Shown: positions 45,399 to 49,545 of the stretch, in pieces | Layout: each line of letters starts with the position of its first letter | Position numbering within the stretch: position 1 is the stretch's first letter | Assembly: GCA_040391725.1 (NCBI GenBank) | Contig: JBEBXF010000001.1 | Location: 1 to 49,545, forward strand | Direction: 5' to 3' | Length of the DNA stretch: 49,545 bases | Source of the DNA: Eoetvoesiella caeni | GTDB lineage: Bacteria > Pseudomonadota > Gammaproteobacteria > Burkholderiales > Burkholderiaceae_B | The notes under the pieces: model-generated | The model's input: the letters and a program-made list of their open reading frames with translations, nothing else | What the model was told of the DNA's origin: nothing | Databases searched by the model: none | Position numbers and translations under genes: made by a program

Positions 45399-46850
45399 AT
45401 GACCACCATTTCAATGCTCATCAACGGCCAAAAAAAGCAGGCCGGCAACGGCGCCACGTTCGAACGAAAAAACCCGCTTGACGGCAGCGTCGCCACCGTC
45501 GCTCCGGCCGCGACCATCGAAGACGCCATTGCCGCGGTGGAAGCCGCCGGCAAGGCCTTTCCCGCCTGGTCGGCCATAGGCCCCAACGAGCGCCGGGCGC
45601 TGCTTTCCAAAGCCGCCAGCGCCCTGGAAGCCAAGACCGACGCGTTCATCGCCGCCATGGCCGGCGAAACCGGCTCGTCCGCCATGTGGGCGGGCTTCAA
45701 CGCCCATCTGGCCGCCAGCATGCTGCACGAGGCCGCCGCGCTGACCACTCAGATCAGCGGCGAGGTCATCCCCTCCGACGTTCCCGGCAACCTGGCGATG
45801 GGGCTGCGCCAGCCGGCGGGCGTCGTGCTGGGCATGGCCCCCTGGAACGCCCCCGTCATTCTTGGCGTGCGGGCCATCGCCACGCCTCTGGCCTGCGGCA
45901 ATACCGTCGTGCTGAAAGGCTCTGAAATCTGCCCCGCCACCCACGGCCTCATCATCGAAGCCATACAAGAAGCCGGTCTGCCCGACGGCGTCGTCAACTT
46001 CATCACCAACGCCCCGGCCGACGCGGGCCCGCTGGTCGAAGCCATGGTCGCCCATCCTGCCGTGCGCCGCGTGAACTTCACCGGCTCCACCCGCGTGGGC
46101 AAGGTCATTGCCGCCGTCTGCGCCAAATACCTCAAGCCGGTGGTCCTGGAGCTGGGCGGCAAGGCGCCTCTGGTCATCCTGGACGACGCCGACATCGGCC
46201 AGGCCGTCGACGCCGCCGCCTTCGGCGCCTTTGCCAATTCGGGGCAAATCTGCATGTCCACCGAACGCATCATCGTCGACGAAAAAATCGCCGATGCGTT
46301 CATCGGGCAGCTCACCAAAAAAGCCGTCGGCCTGCCCCTGGGCGATCCGCGCAAAGGCCCGGTGGTCCTGGGTTCGGTCGTCGACATGAGCACGGTGACC
46401 CGCTGCAACGAAATCATCGACGACGCCCTCGCCAAAGGCGCCAAGCTGCTGTGCGGCGGCAAGGCCGAAAACACGCTCATGCCGGCCACGCTCATCGACC
46501 ACGTCACACCGGCCATGCGGATCTACAGCGAAGAAACCTTCGCGCCCGTCAAGGGCATCGTGCGGGCCAAGGGTGTGGAAGAAGCCATTGCCATCGCCAA
46601 CGACAACCCCTATGGCCTGTCATCGGCGGTCTTCGGCAAAGACGTGGGCCGGGCCTTGCAGGTAGCCAAGCGCATCGAAACGGGTATCTGCCACGTCAAC
46701 GGCCCGACCGTCCACGACGAAGCGCAAATGCCGTTCGGCGGCGTCAAGGACAGCGGCATCGGACGCTTCGGCGGCAAGGCCGGCATCGAAGCCTTCACCG
46801 ACCTGCGCTGGGTATCCGTGCAAACCACGCCACGCCAATACCCGTTCTAA
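45399..46850 (+). CDS. Aldehyde dehydrogenase (vanillin/salicylaldehyde dehydrogenase-like)
   Basis: APWNAP, FTGST, LELGGK, GQICMSTER and HVNGPTVHDE motifs. Confidence 0.9.
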   Translation: MTTISMLINGQKKQAGNGATFERKNPLDGSVATVAPAATIEDAIAAVEAAGKAFPAWSAIGPNERRALLSKAASALEAKTDAFIAAMAGETGSSAMWAGFNAHLAASMLHEAAALTTQISGEVIPSDVPGNLAMGLRQPAGVVLGMAPWNAPVILGVRAIATPLACGNTVVLKGSEICPATHGLIIEAIQEAGLPDGVVNFITNAPADAGPLVEAMVAHPAVRRVNFTGSTRVGKVIAAVCAKYLKPVVLELGGKAPLVILDDADIGQAVDAAAFGAFANSGQICMSTERIIVDEKIADAFIGQLTKKAVGLPLGDPRKGPVVLGSVVDMSTVTRCNEIIDDALAKGAKLLCGGKAENTLMPATLIDHVTPAMRIYSEETFAPVKGIVRAKGVEEAIAIANDNPYGLSSAVFGKDVGRALQVAKRIETGICHVNGPTVHDEAQMPFGGVKDSGIGRFGGKAGIEAFTDLRWVSVQTTPRQYPF

Positions 46851-46934
46851 ACCCATGCCAACACAGGCCTCCCGCGCCGTCGCGGAAGGCCTGCGCCGAA
46901 TTCGACCAGCCACGCCGCACCATCAAGCCTCACC

Positions 46935-48206
46935 ATGACAACCGCTGCACCCGCTCCGCTTCCCGATTCAACCTATGCCGTCTTCCGGCTTGTCATTACG
47001 CTGATCCTCATCACACTGGGCAGCAGCGCCATGTACGTCATTGCCGTGGTGCTGCCCTCGGTGCAGGCCGACTTCGGCGTGGATCGGGCCGCCGCCTCCT
47101 TGCCCTACACCTTGCTGATGATAGGCTTCGGCCTGGGCGGCATGGTCATGGGCTGGCTGGCCGACCGCTACGGCGTCATGGTTCCGCTGCTTATCGGCGC
47201 CGTCGGCGTGGGCCTGGGCTATGCCCTGGCCGCCACGGCCGGCAACATCTGGGTCTTCGCCCTGGTGCACGGCGCGCTCATGGGTTTTGCGGGCTGCTCG
47301 GCATCGTTCGCGCCCCTTATCGCCGACACCTCGCTGTGGTTCGCGCGCCGGCGCGGCATCGCGGTGGCCGTATGCGCCAGCGGCAACTACTTGAGCGGCG
47401 CCATCTGGCCTCCCATCGTCCAGCACTTCATCTACGATCTCGGGTGGCGCCAGACCTATATCTACATGGGCCTGTTCAGCTTCGTTACCATGGCGGGCCT
47501 GGCCCTGCTGATGCATCGCAGGCCGCCTTCCGTTTCGGTGGCTCTCGCCACGCCCCGCGCCGGCCAGGCCGCTGCCGGGGCTCATGCCGCGCCCTCCCAG
47601 CGCCCGTTCGGGCTAAGCCCGGGCACGGCGCAATTCTTGTTGTGCGTAGCCGGCGTGGGCTGCTGCGTGGCCATGGCCATGCCGCAAGTCCATATCGTTG
47701 CGTACTGTTCCGACCTGGGCTATGGCGCGGCGCGCGGCGCCGAAATGCTGTCGCTCATGCTGGTCTGCGGCATCGTCAGCCGCCTTGTCTCAGGGGCCAT
47801 CTGCGACCGCATCGGCGGCCTGCGCACCCTGCTGCTGGGCTCGGCCCTGCAAACCGTGGCCCTGCTGTTGTTCCTGCCGTTCGACGGCCTGGTTTCGCTG
47901 TACGTCATTGCGGCGCTGTTCGGCCTGTTCCAGGGCGGCATCGTCCCCGCCTACGCCATTATCGTGCGCGAGCATTTCCGGCCCGAAGAAGCCGGCACCC
48001 GCACCGGCACCGTCATTTCGGCCACCTTGCTGGGCATGGCCCTGGGCGGATGGATGTCGGGCAAGGTCTTCGACCTGACGGGGTCGTATCAGGCCGCCTT
48101 TCTGAACGGCATAGGCTGGAACCTGCTCAACCTGATCATCGTCGGAACGCTGCTATGGCGAACCCTGCGGCCGGGGCCGAACGGCCCGCTGGTCGCCACG
48201 GCGTAG
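46935..48206 (+). CDS. MFS transporter (OFA/MCT-like)
   Basis: LADRYG, WFARRRGIA and GKVFDLTGSY motifs. Confidence 0.87.
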   Translation: MTTAAPAPLPDSTYAVFRLVITLILITLGSSAMYVIAVVLPSVQADFGVDRAAASLPYTLLMIGFGLGGMVMGWLADRYGVMVPLLIGAVGVGLGYALAATAGNIWVFALVHGALMGFAGCSASFAPLIADTSLWFARRRGIAVAVCASGNYLSGAIWPPIVQHFIYDLGWRQTYIYMGLFSFVTMAGLALLMHRRPPSVSVALATPRAGQAAAGAHAAPSQRPFGLSPGTAQFLLCVAGVGCCVAMAMPQVHIVAYCSDLGYGAARGAEMLSLMLVCGIVSRLVSGAICDRIGGLRTLLLGSALQTVALLLFLPFDGLVSLYVIAALFGLFQGGIVPAYAIIVREHFRPEEAGTRTGTVISATLLGMALGGWMSGKVFDLTGSYQAAFLNGIGWNLLNLIIVGTLLWRTLRPGPNGPLVATA

Positions 48207-48223
48207 CCACAAGCACCATACAT

Positions 48224-49545
48224 CTAGAAATTGTCCAGCACCGCGCCCGTACTGGCCGTTGAGCAGTTATGCGCGAACTTGGCCTGCACGCCCCGCGTAT
48301 AGCGCGGCGCCGGCGCTTTCCAGGCCGCCCTGCGCCTGGCGATTTCCGCGTCGGGCACATTGAGCTGGAGCAGGTGCTGGTGCGCATCGATGGTAATGGA
48401 GTCGCCTTCGTGCACCAGGGCAATGCAGCCGCCCACGGCCGCCTCGGGCGCCACGTGCCCCACCACCATGCCCCAGGTCCCCCCCCGAGAAGCGGCCATC
48501 GGTGATGAGGCCGACCGAATCGCCCAGGCCGTTGCCGATAAGCGCGCTGGTGGGCGCGAGCATTTCAGGCATGCCCGGCCCGCCCTTGGGGCCCAGGTAG
48601 CGCAGCACCATGACGTCGCCCGGCTTGATGCGGCCTTCGAGAATGGCGGCCAGCGCGCTTTGCTCGTCGTCGAAGACCCTGGCTGGCCCGGTCATGACGG
48701 GATTCTTGAGCCCGGTGATCTTGGCCACGCAGCCCTCGGTGGAAAGATTGCCCTTCAGGATGGCCAGATGGCCTTGAGGATAGAGCGGCTTGTCGAGCGG
48801 GCGGATGACGGTCTGGTCGGCCGACGGCGCGTCGGGAACGCCGGCCAGCAATTCGGCCATGGTCTTGCCGGTGATGGTCATGCATTCGCCATGGATGAGC
48901 CCCGCATTGAGCAGCATCTTCATGACTTGGGGCACGCCGCCCGCTTTGTGGAAATCGACCGCCAGGTAGTGGCCGCTGGGCTTGAGGTCGCAGATGACCG
49001 GCACGCGCAGGCGCACGCGCTCGAAATCGTCGATGGTCCACTCCACCCCGGCGGCGTGCGCAATGGCCAGGATGTGCAGCACCGCATTGGTCGAACCGCC
49101 GATGGCCATGACCACGGCCACGGCGTTTTCAATGGATTTGCGGGTAACGATGTCGCGCGGCTTGAGGTCGAGCTCGAGGGCCTTGAGCAGCACCCGCGCC
49201 GATTCGGCCGCCGACTCCACTTTTTCGTCGTACACATTGGCCATGGTGGACGAGTACGGCAGGCTCATGCCCAGCGCCTCGAACGCCGAGCTCATGGTGT
49301 TGGCGGTATACATGCCGCCGCAGGAACCCGGCCCCGGAATGGCGTGCAGCTCGATCTGCTTGAGGCCCGCGTCGCTGAGGCGGCCCGCGGCGTTTTCGCC
49401 CACAGCCTCGAACACGCTGACGATGTTCAGATCCTGGCCGTTGAGCCGGCCCGGCAATATGGTGCCGCCATACACGTAAATGGAAGGGACGTTGGCGCGC
49501 AGCATGCCCATCATGCCGCCCGGCATGTTCTTGTCGCAGCCGCCG
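48224..49545 (-). pseudogene. ilvD: Dihydroxy-acid dehydratase, 5' end outside the window, apparent +1 frameshift in a G8 run
   Basis: [37 protein letters not shown] and TDGRFSGG motifs; [15 protein letters not shown] continues in another frame. Confidence 0.88.

Noticed and set aside
46864-46893. Hairpin after the ALDH gene (also 41494-41517 and 38348-38368)
   Set aside because: Stems are real but lack clear U-tracts, so they were not called as terminators; probably intercistronic stability elements.
46451-48262. 603-aa + strand ORF overlapping the ALDH and MFS genes
   Set aside because: Arg/Pro-rich off-frame reading of real genes.
1-49545. tRNA, rRNA, CRISPR arrays, prophage or integrase genes
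   Set aside because: No such signatures seen; intergenic regions are short and show no repeat-spacer periodicity.

Overview
This is a GC-rich betaproteobacterial chromosome segment (Alcaligenaceae-like by gene style; inference) holding about 52 CDS. It is a mosaic of small regulator-linked catabolic and stress modules. I found no rRNA, tRNA, CRISPR array or transposase. Modules from left to right: GntR/FAH/EthD/MFS; two lipoproteins; an IclR-linked CoA-dependent catabolic operon plus an ABC/racemase operon that share a 19-bp palindromic box; GST-gor; TetR/MFS; LysR/SDR; osmC; alkB; a low-GC higBA; a CatR-like LysR with an intradiol dioxygenase joined to the lower meta-pathway genes; a Rieske oxygenase with MarR; an MFS-pyrK-pyrD-carbamoylase-aspA-pyrE-like-XRE operon; AKR, ALDH and MFS genes; and a frameshifted ilvD. 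Two candidates stand out as possible undescribed systems. (1) 35.2-42.8 kb looks like a reductive orotate catabolic pathway (orotate to dihydroorotate to N-carbamoyl-aspartate to aspartate to fumarate), with a candidate ureidosuccinase and a degenerate PyrE that may be a sensor. (2) 25.4-32.4 kb is a hybrid ortho/meta operon whose gene content fits intradiol cleavage of pyrogallol directly to 2-hydroxymuconate. All calls come from motif recognition only; no database searches were run.
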